Shown: positions 17,329 through 25,982 of the stretch, piece by piece
Layout of the letters: each line of letters begins with the position of its first letter
Position numbering within the stretch: the first letter of the stretch is position 1
Assembly: GCA_009840165.1 (NCBI GenBank)
Contig: VXOG01000091.1
Location: 7,914-71,913, forward strand
Source: Chloroflexota bacterium
Lineage (GTDB): Bacteria; Chloroflexota; Dehalococcoidia; Lucifugimonadales; UBA3495
DNA: 64,000 nucleotides
Direction: 5' to 3'
Position numbers and translations under genes: made by a program
Notes under the pieces: model-generated
Databases searched by the model: none
What the model saw: the letters and a program-made list of their open reading frames with translations, nothing else
Told to the model about the DNA's origin: nothing

Positions 17329-18234
17329 TTATCTATAACGTGGTTGAATCGGGTCGTCGCTGCCTTCGGGCGGGACGGCCCAGGGGTTTTCGCCGGTCAG
17401 CCGGGTGATTTCGTCGTAGATGATATTCAAGTCGTCGGTTACTCGGTTGGCCATGTCGGTGTAGTCGGAGATGGGAGTGAGCAGGGGGCCGTAACGGTAA
17501 CCGCCGGCGAAGTTGGTGAGCTGCCCCAGATCACTGCCGGGCTGCCAGTTCAGGGCAGGGTCGTTTTGATTGATATCAGCCGCAAGAGAGTAAAGCCGGT
17601 GAGTGTGAGGGTATTCATGCCCCTGCGCAGAAATCAGAGCTTTCATCGCGTGCTCCAATGTCTGCTGTGCGTTATACGCGGTGACTCTGTCGGTAATACC
17701 GGAGTCCATCATCACGTGCATGGCCCGATAGTACGTATTCGCGTCGGTAACTCGGAGTCTGCGTTCCATAGGCTCGTCGCTGTGGTTGGGGTCGTCGGCT
17801 GCCTCGTTGCCGGGGAAATCTGCCGTGTTGCGCGACACAGGGATGCCATCCCTTCTGGCGAACCGGGCGACGTGGTTCAGGGTGTGGACGCTTTTGCGCT
17901 CGTATTCGGCCCGGGACAGATAAACGAAGTCGATGCCAACGTGGTCCTGGTAAGCCTGGCTGGCCAGTTCCGTGGCGGTCTGCTGAATCTCTCCCATCCG
18001 CGGTATCAGATCGGAGGTATCCGGCTCGATAATCATCAGGTCGATGTCGGAGCGGTCGGTCCAGTCGCCCCGCGCGCGGGAGCCGAAGAGGATGACGCAC
18101 TCAACGTCGGTAGCTTCGCGCAGGGCTCTGGCGAAACTCAAGGCCCTGGTGTCCGGGCCGGCATTGGCACGAGCGGATATAGCCTGTGTCGTGTCGGCGA
18201 TGTGGGTGGTCATACGCCGTTTTGCCTCCTGCAC
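17329..18234 (-). CDS. Fused nucleotidyltransferase (MNT-like) - HEPN-like domain protein
   Basis: 301 aa. VILFGSRARGDWTDRSDIDLMII (GS..D.D NTase motif). C-terminal helical part: YYRAMHVMMD...AQQTLEHAMKALISAQGHEYPHTHRLYSL. Confidence 0.65.
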   Translation of the reverse strand: MQEAKRRMTTHIADTTQAISARANAGPDTRALSFARALREATDVECVILFGSRARGDWTDRSDIDLMIIEPDTSDLIPRMGEIQQTATELASQAYQDHVGIDFVYLSRAEYERKSVHTLNHVARFARRDGIPVSRNTADFPGNEAADDPNHSDEPMERRLRVTDANTYYRAMHVMMDSGITDRVTAYNAQQTLEHAMKALISAQGHEYPHTHRLYSLAADINQNDPALNWQPGSDLGQLTNFAGGYRYGPLLTPISDYTDMANRVTDDLNIIYDEITRLTGENPWAVPPEGSDDPIQPRYR

Positions 18235-18273
18235 GCCGTTGCGACGCGCCTGACGGTATTTTACCAGTCGACG

Positions 18274-19071
18274 TTACTCTCCGGTGAAATTGGGCGGGCG
18301 GCGTTCGCGGAAGGATGCGGCGGCTTCAGCCACGTCGTGGGGGGCGCGGCGGGCGAAGACAATGCTGTGGGTCTCATACCGCAGCTGGTCGTCCAGTTCA
18401 ACGTCGAGGCTGCGGTGCATGGCGCGGCGGGACATCTGCATGGCGACGGGCGGCCAGAAGGCGATCTGGCGGGCCAGTTCTTTGGCGTCGGCCAGCAGGT
18501 TCTCGGCGGTAGTCATGCGGTCGAGCAGACCGAGACGGAAAGCCTCGTCGGCGTCCACGTTGCGGCTGGTGTACACCAGGTCCATGGCGCGGCTGACGCC
18601 CACGATGCGAGGGAGGAACCAGGACAGGCCGGAGTCGGGGCTTAGGCTGCGCTCGATGAACACGGTCTTGAAGCGGGAGTTTTCGCAGCCGACGCGCATG
18701 TCGCAGGCGAGGGCCAATCCCATGCCGGCGCCGGCGGCCACGCCGTTGACGGCAGCTATGGTGGGCTTGTCCAGGTCGCGGTAGATCATCTGCGCCTGGT
18801 GTCCGACCCAGTTGTACTCGTCGAGGCGCTCGGCGCGGCTGGGATTTTCGGGCCGGGAGCGGTCGGCGGTAAGGTCCGCGCCGGAGCAGAAGCCGCGGCC
18901 GGCTCCGGTGAAGATGACCACGCGGATACCGTCGTCGTCGCGGAGCTCCGCGCAGGCATCCATCATCTCCAGGTGGAGGCTGCGGTCTATGGCGTTGAGC
19001 TTCTCGGGGCGGTTGAGGGTTACGACGGCGATTTGGTCGTCGCGTTCTATGGTGAGGTTGTGGTAGGGCAT
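18274..19071 (-). CDS. Enoyl-CoA hydratase/isomerase (crotonase) family
   Basis: 265 aa. VAVVTLNRPEKLNA, FTGAGRGFCSGADL, AAVNGVAAGAGMGLALACDMR. Confidence 0.9.
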   Translation of the reverse strand: MPYHNLTIERDDQIAVVTLNRPEKLNAIDRSLHLEMMDACAELRDDDGIRVVIFTGAGRGFCSGADLTADRSRPENPSRAERLDEYNWVGHQAQMIYRDLDKPTIAAVNGVAAGAGMGLALACDMRVGCENSRFKTVFIERSLSPDSGLSWFLPRIVGVSRAMDLVYTSRNVDADEAFRLGLLDRMTTAENLLADAKELARQIAFWPPVAMQMSRRAMHRSLDVELDDQLRYETHSIVFARRAPHDVAEAAASFRERRPPNFTGE

Positions 19072-19072
19072 C

Positions 19073-20437
19073 CTACTTTTCCGCCAGCATATCGACCATT
19101 AGGCCGAGCATGATTTTGGTTCCGCTGACCAGGCTCTTGATGCCTACGGACTCGTTGGCGCCGTGGGTGTAGTTGAGCATGGGGTCGTCGTCGGGGTGCG
19201 AACCGGAGAAGCCGTAGGTCACGGTGCCCAGGGGCCGGGTGAACCGGGAGTCGGTGAAGCCGTTGCTGATGGCGGGCACCCACTGGATGTCGCCGCGCCC
19301 GAGGGCTTGGGCGGTTACGCTGCGGATGCTGTCGGACAGGGGCGAATCGAAGGGCGACGAGTTGGGCCGGGCCATGTAGTCGATCTCGTAGGAAACGCCG
19401 GGGATGTCGGCCAGCACCGTGTCGAGCTGGGCGCGGACGTACTCCTCGTCCTGGTGCGGCAGGGTGCGCACGTCGCAGGTGAGGCGGATGGACTCGGGGA
19501 CGCTGTTGGACTTGATGCCGCCACTGATCATAGTCGGCGTCAGGGTCATGCGCGAGAGGGCCCGAAGCATGGAGGCGAAGCGGGGGTTTTCCGGCTGGAT
19601 CTCGGCGATGATTTCGTCCACGTTCTGCGCCGACGGCTTGTGCTCGATGGCGAAGGTGGACAGATGGTCGAAGATGCCGGTGGTGGTATCGCGGTCTGGC
19701 TCGTACTGCTCGATGGAGGACAGGGCGCGGTTGACGCGATAGAGCGCGTTGGTGCCCTGCCAGGGCAGGGAGGCGTGGGCACTGACGCCCTTGACGTCGA
19801 TCTCGACCTGGAGGCGGCCCTTTTCGCCTACGCCCAGGATGTAGGTGAGCGCGCCGGCGGCGGGAATCGGAGTGCCGCCGCCCTCGTTGACGGCGTAGGG
19901 CGCGGCCAGCTTGCCGGGGTGGTGGTCGGCGAGCCACCCGAAGCCGTAGCGTCCGCCGTGCTCCTCGTCGGCGCCGGCGGCCAGGATCAGGCTGTCGCGC
20001 AGGGAGATGTCGTTGCGGCGCAGGATGCGGATGGCCATGAGCTGAGCGGTGAGCAGGCCCTTGCAATCGGACGCGCCGCGTCCGAAGATGCGGCCATCGG
20101 CGATGGTGGCGCTGAAGGGGTCGAACCGCCACTCGGCGGGATCTTCCACCGGCACGACGTCGGTGTGGGACATGAACATGAGGCCGGCGTTGCCGGTGCG
20201 TCCCTCGACGCGGGCGATGAGGTTGCCGCGGTTGGGCGCCGATTCAAGGATTTCAGACGATATGCCGTCCTGGGCGAGGAAGTCGCGGGCGAGTTCGCAG
20301 ACGGGGGTCTCGTCGCCGGTGGGCATGAAGCCGGTATTGACGGAGGGTATCCTGACGAGGGCCTGCTCCAGGGCGATGATGTCGTCCTGGGCGGCGTCAA
20401 CCTGGGCGAAGAGATCGGCAAGGTCGGGGGTTGGCAT
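19073..20437 (-). CDS. M20 family metallopeptidase (ArgE/DapE/CPG2-like)
   Basis: 454 aa. LMFMSHTDVVPV...WRFDPFSATIADGRIFGRGASDCKG; ADEEHGG. Confidence 0.85.
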   Translation of the reverse strand: MPTPDLADLFAQVDAAQDDIIALEQALVRIPSVNTGFMPTGDETPVCELARDFLAQDGISSEILESAPNRGNLIARVEGRTGNAGLMFMSHTDVVPVEDPAEWRFDPFSATIADGRIFGRGASDCKGLLTAQLMAIRILRRNDISLRDSLILAAGADEEHGGRYGFGWLADHHPGKLAAPYAVNEGGGTPIPAAGALTYILGVGEKGRLQVEIDVKGVSAHASLPWQGTNALYRVNRALSSIEQYEPDRDTTTGIFDHLSTFAIEHKPSAQNVDEIIAEIQPENPRFASMLRALSRMTLTPTMISGGIKSNSVPESIRLTCDVRTLPHQDEEYVRAQLDTVLADIPGVSYEIDYMARPNSSPFDSPLSDSIRSVTAQALGRGDIQWVPAISNGFTDSRFTRPLGTVTYGFSGSHPDDDPMLNYTHGANESVGIKSLVSGTKIMLGLMVDMLAEK

Positions 20438-20715
20438 GGCCGGCGTCCTCCAGCGGTAGGATACGAGGGGGTAGCACGCCGCAGTGTACGGAGGGGGCCG
20501 GGTGGTGTCAACGCGGGGGGTGGAGTCCGGTTTTTTTACATGGATGGACAGGATTCACGGGATATATAGGATTTGATTTCGGAATGGGCGTAGCATAGAC
20601 CGGCGCGGATTGAGCGTGTTAGATTACGGCGACAATTCAGAGCGAAGCAATCTACCGCCGTCGGCAGTTTCGGCGAGTTGGTTCACTGGCCTCACCATGT
20701 AGTCCGGGAGGGAGT

Positions 20716-21642
20716 ATGCCCAGGGTAGCGGCTGACCAGTACGTCTCCAGGGTCCGGATGCCGGAGGATATTGACCGGTTCTGGGAGGATACGCTGGCGG
20801 AAACGGCGAAGATTCCGCTGGAACCTAAGGTGGTGCATGACCCGTTGCGATCCACCGAGCGGATCGACGTGTACGAGGTCTTCTTCACCAGCCTGGACCG
20901 GGTGAGGATTGCCGGCTGGTACGCGACGCCGCGCGACCGGGAGGGCAGACTGCCGGGGCTGTTGCAGGTGCCGGGCTACAACATGGAGCCGCCGGTTCCA
21001 AAGGCGTGGGCGAACAAGGGCTACGCCGCGTTCAGCGTGGCCCCGAGAGGCAAGCTGCGCAGCAACCGGCAGTTCAATCCCGGCTATCCGGGCCTGCTCA
21101 CCTACAGCATGGTTGACCGCAACACCTACTCCTACCGCGGGTTCTACATGGACGCCTGCCGGGCAGTGGAGTTTCTGCTGTCGCGTGACGAAGTGGATGG
21201 CGAGCGGATCGGGGTGACCGGCCACAGCCAGGGCGGCGGACTCACCGTGTCCACGGCGGCGCTGCGTCCCGAGATCAAAGCCGCCGCCGCCGGCGCGCCC
21301 TACCTGTGCGGCTACATGGACGCCATCGAGCTGACCGACGCCTATCCCTACCAGGAGATCGCCGACTACCTGCGACTGTACCCCGAACGACTGGAGCAGG
21401 TGGAAAACACGCTGGCCTACTTCGACGGCATCAACCTGGCCCACCGCATCACCTGCCCTATCATCGTCAGCGTGGGGTTGCAGGACAGCACCTGCCCGCC
21501 GGAGACGGGGTTTGCAATGTTCGACGCCATCGCCAGCGTGGACAAGCAGATGTACGCTTACGACGGCCACGGCCACGACGCCAACAATCACGAGCACGGA
21601 GCGATTGTGGACGACTTTCTGGCCAAGCATCTGCGACCCTGA
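20716..21642 (+). CDS. Acetyl xylan esterase / cephalosporin-C deacetylase family (CE7/AXE1)
   Basis: 308 aa. RIGVTGHSQGGGLT (GxSQG nucleophile elbow), VGLQDSTCPP, YDGHGHD. Confidence 0.8.
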   Translation: MPRVAADQYVSRVRMPEDIDRFWEDTLAETAKIPLEPKVVHDPLRSTERIDVYEVFFTSLDRVRIAGWYATPRDREGRLPGLLQVPGYNMEPPVPKAWANKGYAAFSVAPRGKLRSNRQFNPGYPGLLTYSMVDRNTYSYRGFYMDACRAVEFLLSRDEVDGERIGVTGHSQGGGLTVSTAALRPEIKAAAAGAPYLCGYMDAIELTDAYPYQEIADYLRLYPERLEQVENTLAYFDGINLAHRITCPIIVSVGLQDSTCPPETGFAMFDAIASVDKQMYAYDGHGHDANNHEHGAIVDDFLAKHLRP

Positions 21643-21675
21643 TTGCTTTTCGGGGTGCGTCATCAATGCGTTTTT

Positions 21676-21773
21676 CCGTCATTCCTGCGAAAGCAGGAAT
21701 CCAAAATCGTTACTCTATCAGCGCTCAATTAGTTACAAGAACGCCTGGACTCCGGCTTTCGCCGGAGTGACGG
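21676..21773. repeat. Family A palindromic repeat, convergent pair (21676-21704, 21745-21773)
   Basis: ccgtcattcctgcgaaagcaggaatccaa and ctggactccggctttcgccggagtgacgg. Confidence 0.9.
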
Positions 21774-21793
21774 TAATTTGACGACACGCTCCG

Positions 21794-22738
21794 GTGAGCT
21801 ACAGCACAGGACACGACATTATGACCACGATGAGCGGCGCAGAACCAAGCAATTTTGAAGGCTACTGGCAGGATACCCTGGCGGAACTGGCGGCGTTGCC
21901 GTCCGCGCCGGAGGTGCAGGAGATACCACTGCGGTCAACGGATTTTGCCACGGCTTACGGCGTGTCGCTGACGTCAATCGGGCCTTACCGGCTCTACGGG
22001 TACCTGAGCATCCCGCGAGGGGATGGCCCATTCCCCGCCCGCTACTACCTGCCGCGCTACGGTAGCGTGACGGATCTGGTGCCGCAGGGGACGGCCAACG
22101 GCCAACGGCGGGAACACGTCACCTTTGCCATCTGCGTGCGCGGGCAGCGGTTGGCGGACCAACCCTACGCCGCCGCCTTCCCGGGCCTGCTCACCGACGG
22201 CTTCGACGATCCTGCGGGCTACGTCTATCGGGGCATCGTGGCCGACTGCGTGCGCGGCGTCGAGTACCTGGCGAGTCGCCCGGAGGTTGACGGCACACGC
22301 ATCGCGGCCATCGGCAACGACCTGGCCTACACGACGGCGGCGTTGTCCGCGCACGTGACGCATCTGGTATGTACGCCGGCCCTGCTGTACGACACCATCA
22401 ACCTGGCGCGACGCACCAGCGCATACCCGCTGGAAGAGATCAACGACTACCTGCGCCTGCATCCGGAACGGGAGGAAGCGGTGCGGCACACCCTGTCCCA
22501 TTTCGACCTGGGCCGGTTCGCGTCCCGCGTCAACGCGACGACGCTGCTGATGGCCGGGGCGGACGGGTCGGCGCTGGACGCGGCCGCGCTGGCTCCGTTG
22601 ATAGAGGCGATGCCGGACGAGGTCGAGGTCCACAAGGCGGAACACTCGGGCTACAGGGATGGGCGCTTCAGCGAAGAATGGCTGTCGGGTCGTTTCGGCA
22701 TGGCGGAGGCGAGTTTGCCGGCGCATTGGCGGGGGTAG
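21794..22738 (+). CDS. AXE1/CE7-like paralogue lacking the nucleophile serine
   Basis: 314 aa and collinear with 20716..21642. The GxSQG elbow reads RIAAIGNDLAYTTAAL (22313-22327 = GNDLA). The start may be an internal ATG. Confidence 0.65.
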   Translation: MSYSTGHDIMTTMSGAEPSNFEGYWQDTLAELAALPSAPEVQEIPLRSTDFATAYGVSLTSIGPYRLYGYLSIPRGDGPFPARYYLPRYGSVTDLVPQGTANGQRREHVTFAICVRGQRLADQPYAAAFPGLLTDGFDDPAGYVYRGIVADCVRGVEYLASRPEVDGTRIAAIGNDLAYTTAALSAHVTHLVCTPALLYDTINLARRTSAYPLEEINDYLRLHPEREEAVRHTLSHFDLGRFASRVNATTLLMAGADGSALDAAALAPLIEAMPDEVEVHKAEHSGYRDGRFSEEWLSGRFGMAEASLPAHWRG

Positions 22739-22896
22739 AGTGAGGGCTGCTTAGTTCGCAGGGACGGGTCTCAACGTTGGTGCGGGTGTAGGGTATTGGG
22801 CGGCTGCATAGGAACTGGTGGGATGATGGGGCGCAGGGTTTAATTCACAGGATGGACAGGATTGTGGGGGATGGGCAAGATATATTGCGAAAGCGC

Positions 22897-23169
22897 CTAC
22901 GGGATTCTCTCGCAGTAGTCGCCAGCCGGATGGTCAACATAGTAGTAGCCAGCCCTAACACGTGCGGATGACATGGTTTTGGGCAAGTGGAGCGGCGTGT
23001 TAGATCCGTCGTATCTTGCCAGATTAAGGTCTTGATACTCGTCCAGTTGGGGCACGCGATCGGGGTCCAACGGGATCCAATATCCGTAAAACACCTGTGG
23101 GTAGTAGTAGTGACAGACTCTGATATCTGACGAGTTGTTGGACATTCCGGCCGCGGCCAATATCCCCAA
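22897..23169 (-). other. In-frame continuation (90 codons) directly after the TAG stop of 23170..24249
   Basis: ...ESQMDLQ-TAG-LGILAAAGMSNNSSDIRVCHYYYPQVFYGYWIPLDPD... Same frame and the same Tyr-rich composition. No clear RBS for an independent start. Confidence 0.4.
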
Positions 23170-24249
23170 CTATTGCAGATCCATCTGCGATTCCGTCTCG
23201 CGGCGGTATTCGACCAAGCTATCTCTGGTGGGGATGTAATCTCTGTAGTAAGAGTAGTTGTACCTGCTCTGCTCCTGCAAAACACGGTAAGGAGGATTAT
23301 CCGTGTCCAGCAACTCATCCCCACTCATATCAAGCCATTGCAAGAGCCTGATGAACTGGTTGGGAGTTTGAAAAACCAAATCATTGTCATCGTCATAATT
23401 GGCCGCTTCCATCAGGCGACGATACTGGTTGGTTATGTCTTCCTCCAATTCGATCCTGCACTGCAATTCAAAGCCATGATTGCGAAGGTTTGCGTTGCTG
23501 CGCTGGAGAGGTTCCGCCCAGTAATCGCGGCAGTATATCCCCGGTTCCTGCGGCAACAACGGGGGAATGTCGCTGCCTCCAGCTAGTTCAGAGTCGTAAT
23601 GTCCAAAGTGGTTGTAGTGGTACAACTGGGAACGCCAAAGGATACGGTCAAGGTCGTCCATGTCATCGGGGTTCAACTTCGAGAACTCTTCGTAAACCAT
23701 AGGCGGCAAGTTGTTGAGCGCCCAGAATCTACACCTGCGGCGGTGCTCATCATCTGGAGAGATGCGAGCTTCGCGTTGAGTGGTTATCGTTTGCTGAATA
23801 GGGGGTTTTGTATTCCCCGGAGCTTCACGCGTGCTCGGATTGATGCTTTCGGTTGGGCTGGATTCCGAATCAGGAGAATCTGCATTGGGCGTCTCTGCGC
23901 CTTCTCTACTGAATGGATTGATGTTGCGTACATTGGGGAAATTGGAATCGTCACCCGATTCGGAACTTGCCGCTGCCCCATCGCCAGAGAGTTCGCAAAC
24001 ATCGTCGATGCCCGCCTGCCTGAGAACGCGGTTCAATGCTGCCCGTTCCACCGCGTTGAGGTCGCCCGGATTGCGTAGTTGCTCAATCACGTCGTCCGAC
24101 AAACCTGCATCATGAGCCGCCTGGATGCAGGCCGACGGGGCCGCGCTGGTACAGGCGACGAGCACGCCGATGATTAAAAGCACAATTCCTACCCCGACAC
24201 TTCGGATCACAGGTCCAGATTTCATCATCGACAATCCAAATGGTGGCAA
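23170..24249 (-). CDS. Hypothetical lipoprotein (signal peptide + lipobox), unknown family
   Basis: 359 aa. MMKSGPVIRSVGVGIVLLIIGVLVAC|TSA, followed by an acidic/Ser-rich linker and a Tyr-rich C-terminal part. The region looks lower in GC than its surroundings. Confidence 0.55.
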   Translation of the reverse strand: MPPFGLSMMKSGPVIRSVGVGIVLLIIGVLVACTSAAPSACIQAAHDAGLSDDVIEQLRNPGDLNAVERAALNRVLRQAGIDDVCELSGDGAAASSESGDDSNFPNVRNINPFSREGAETPNADSPDSESSPTESINPSTREAPGNTKPPIQQTITTQREARISPDDEHRRRCRFWALNNLPPMVYEEFSKLNPDDMDDLDRILWRSQLYHYNHFGHYDSELAGGSDIPPLLPQEPGIYCRDYWAEPLQRSNANLRNHGFELQCRIELEEDITNQYRRLMEAANYDDDNDLVFQTPNQFIRLLQWLDMSGDELLDTDNPPYRVLQEQSRYNYSYYRDYIPTRDSLVEYRRETESQMDLQ

Positions 24250-24291
24250 TTTCAGCAGCCAAATGCACAGCGGCGGTCATTATAACCGTCC

Positions 24292-24330
24292 CATCGAATA
24301 AATGAGTGCAGGCCCCGTAGGACCCGCACT
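24292..24330 (-). terminator. Hairpin + T-rich tail downstream of 24367..24612
   Basis: Minus strand: agtgcgggtcc-tacg-gggcctgcact (about 11 bp including G-U pairs), then catttattcg. Confidence 0.4.
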
Positions 24331-24366
24331 TTGCTCTTGCGTTCTGTGGCCGTAACTCTTCGAGCG

Positions 24367-24612
24367 TTACGCACCAGCCGGGCGGCGCTTGCGTCGCAGC
24401 AGCGTCTCTACCAAGGCGGCGGTTAGGGTGGTGGCTGCTACCAGGCCCAGGGTGAAGGGCGCCGTCATCATGGCGGTGAGGCGGAAGGCTTCGGGGTAGA
24501 TGCCGGCTACGCGGATGCCGAGGATGCTGACGACGGTTACGAATACGGCGATGGCCGCGAGGAATACAATGCCTGCGATTCCGATGCGTTTGGTCCAACT
24601 GTAGGCGTTCAT
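24367..24612 (-). CDS. Small membrane protein (81 aa), hypothetical
   Basis: Strong RBS aaaggaggagag upstream of ATG 24612. MNAYSWTKRIGIAGIVFLAAIAVFVTVVSILGIRVAG...TAPFTLGLVAATTLTAALV gives 2-3 TM helices. Confidence 0.55.
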   Translation of the reverse strand: MNAYSWTKRIGIAGIVFLAAIAVFVTVVSILGIRVAGIYPEAFRLTAMMTAPFTLGLVAATTLTAALVETLLRRKRRPAGA

Positions 24613-24782
24613 CTCTCCTCCTTTTGTCGCCCAATGGCGCGTGGGCTTTTGGTGGCCTTGAGTTGATTGTAGCAGGCGTCGCCGGGGCGGCTCGGTTGCG
24701 CCTGCTGCGGGCCTGCGCCATAATACGGTCAATCGGGATGAGCAGATCTATCCGCCGCCGGCGGATACGGGAGGGACGCGAC

Positions 24783-25736
24783 ATGCCGCAAACCGGGATT
24801 CCATCGGAACAGGAAGTGCTGGGCTGGTTCGACAGCCTTTCCAACTGGGGACGCTGGGGCGACGATGACGAACTGGGCACGCCGAACCTGATCACCCCTG
24901 AGAAAACCAAGGCCGCCCTGGCCACCGTGCAGGAGGGCCACTGCGTTTCACTGTCCCGGGAACTAACCTGGGATCCCTCGGTGGACGTGCCGGCCCCGCC
25001 CGTGCATTACATGATCGAAAGCGGCGAGGGTTGGGCCTCCGGCGACAAGGTGTCCAACCGGGCGTCCGCCGTGGCGATGGACTACATCGGAATGATCTTC
25101 CACGGTGTCACCGTTACCCACGTGGACAGCCTAGCCCATTTCTTCTGGGACGGCAAGACCTACAACGGCAAGCCGGCCCACATGGTATCCACCAGCCTGG
25201 GCGCGACGGTTTGCTCCGTTGAGCAGGCTCACAAGGGCTTCATCACCCGCGGGGTGCTGGTGGACGTGCCCTACGTGCGCGGCATCGACTGGGTTGAGCG
25301 CGGCGAGGGCGTGATGCCCGAGGACATCCTGGCCGCCGAGGAACGCTGCGGGTTCCGTATCGAATCCGGGGACGTACTGCTGGTGCGAACCGGACAGTTG
25401 CGCCGTCGCAATGTCGAAGGCCCGGTGCCCCGGGAGGCCGGGTCCACCGCATGCCAGGCCGCCTGCCTGCCCCTGTTCAAAGAGCGGGACATCGCGGTGC
25501 TGGGCTCCGATACCGGCAACGACGTCAGCCCGCCCCAGTATCCTGGCCAGTTGACCAATCCGGTCCACCAGGTATCCATCGTCGCCATGGGGCTGTGGAT
25601 TCTGGACAATGCCAATTTGGAAGATGTCGCCGAAGCCTGCCTGGAGCGCAACCGCTGGACCTTCATGGTCAGCATCAACCCGCTGCGCATGCAGAACACC
25701 ACCGGCTCGCCGGTGAACCCCGTAGCCGTGTTTTAG
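24783..25736 (+). CDS. Cyclase family protein (kynurenine formamidase-like)
   Basis: 317 aa from MPQTG (gggaggga RBS). HGVTVTHVDSLAHFFWDGKTYNG; GDVLLVRTG; VLGSDTGNDV. Confidence 0.75.
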   Translation: MPQTGIPSEQEVLGWFDSLSNWGRWGDDDELGTPNLITPEKTKAALATVQEGHCVSLSRELTWDPSVDVPAPPVHYMIESGEGWASGDKVSNRASAVAMDYIGMIFHGVTVTHVDSLAHFFWDGKTYNGKPAHMVSTSLGATVCSVEQAHKGFITRGVLVDVPYVRGIDWVERGEGVMPEDILAAEERCGFRIESGDVLLVRTGQLRRRNVEGPVPREAGSTACQAACLPLFKERDIAVLGSDTGNDVSPPQYPGQLTNPVHQVSIVAMGLWILDNANLEDVAEACLERNRWTFMVSINPLRMQNTTGSPVNPVAVF

Positions 25737-25747
25737 GAGGCTCCAAT

Positions 25748-25951
25748 ATGGCAGAAGCCGGCGAATCAACCGTATCCATGGAAGATTTTCGCGCTCTGGT
25801 TCGGGTCGCGAGGCTGCCCCTGGACGACTCGGAGTTGGAAGAACTGCTGCCCCTGTACCAGTTCCTGAAGCAACGGGTTGACATGCTCCACGAGGCCGAC
25901 CTGCCCCTGGGCGGCCAGGCCATGACTTTCCCGGCGGATTGGAGCAAGTAG
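25748..25951 (+). CDS. GatC-like / AtzG-like small subunit (67 aa)
   Basis: aggagg RBS. MEDFRALVRVARLPLDDSELEELLPLYQFLKQRVDMLHEADL has the GatC-type pattern. Lies immediately upstream of an amidase-signature enzyme. Confidence 0.55.
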   Translation: MAEAGESTVSMEDFRALVRVARLPLDDSELEELLPLYQFLKQRVDMLHEADLPLGGQAMTFPADWSK

Positions 25952-25982
25952 GGTTCCCCGCCCGGCATTTGAGGTGATTGGC

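Noticed and set aside
16097-17338. Long antisense ORFs in the track. Examples: 16097..17338 +, 42645..44339 +, 19163..20569 +, 33822..35126 +, 13874..14998 -, 20692..21666 -, 38917..40173 -, 19047..20132 -, 55922..56953 -, 12254..13315 +.
   Set aside because: All lie opposite ORFs with clear family motifs. Their products are Gly/Ala/Arg/Pro-rich low-complexity strings with no recognisable motifs. This is typical of open antisense frames in high-GC DNA.
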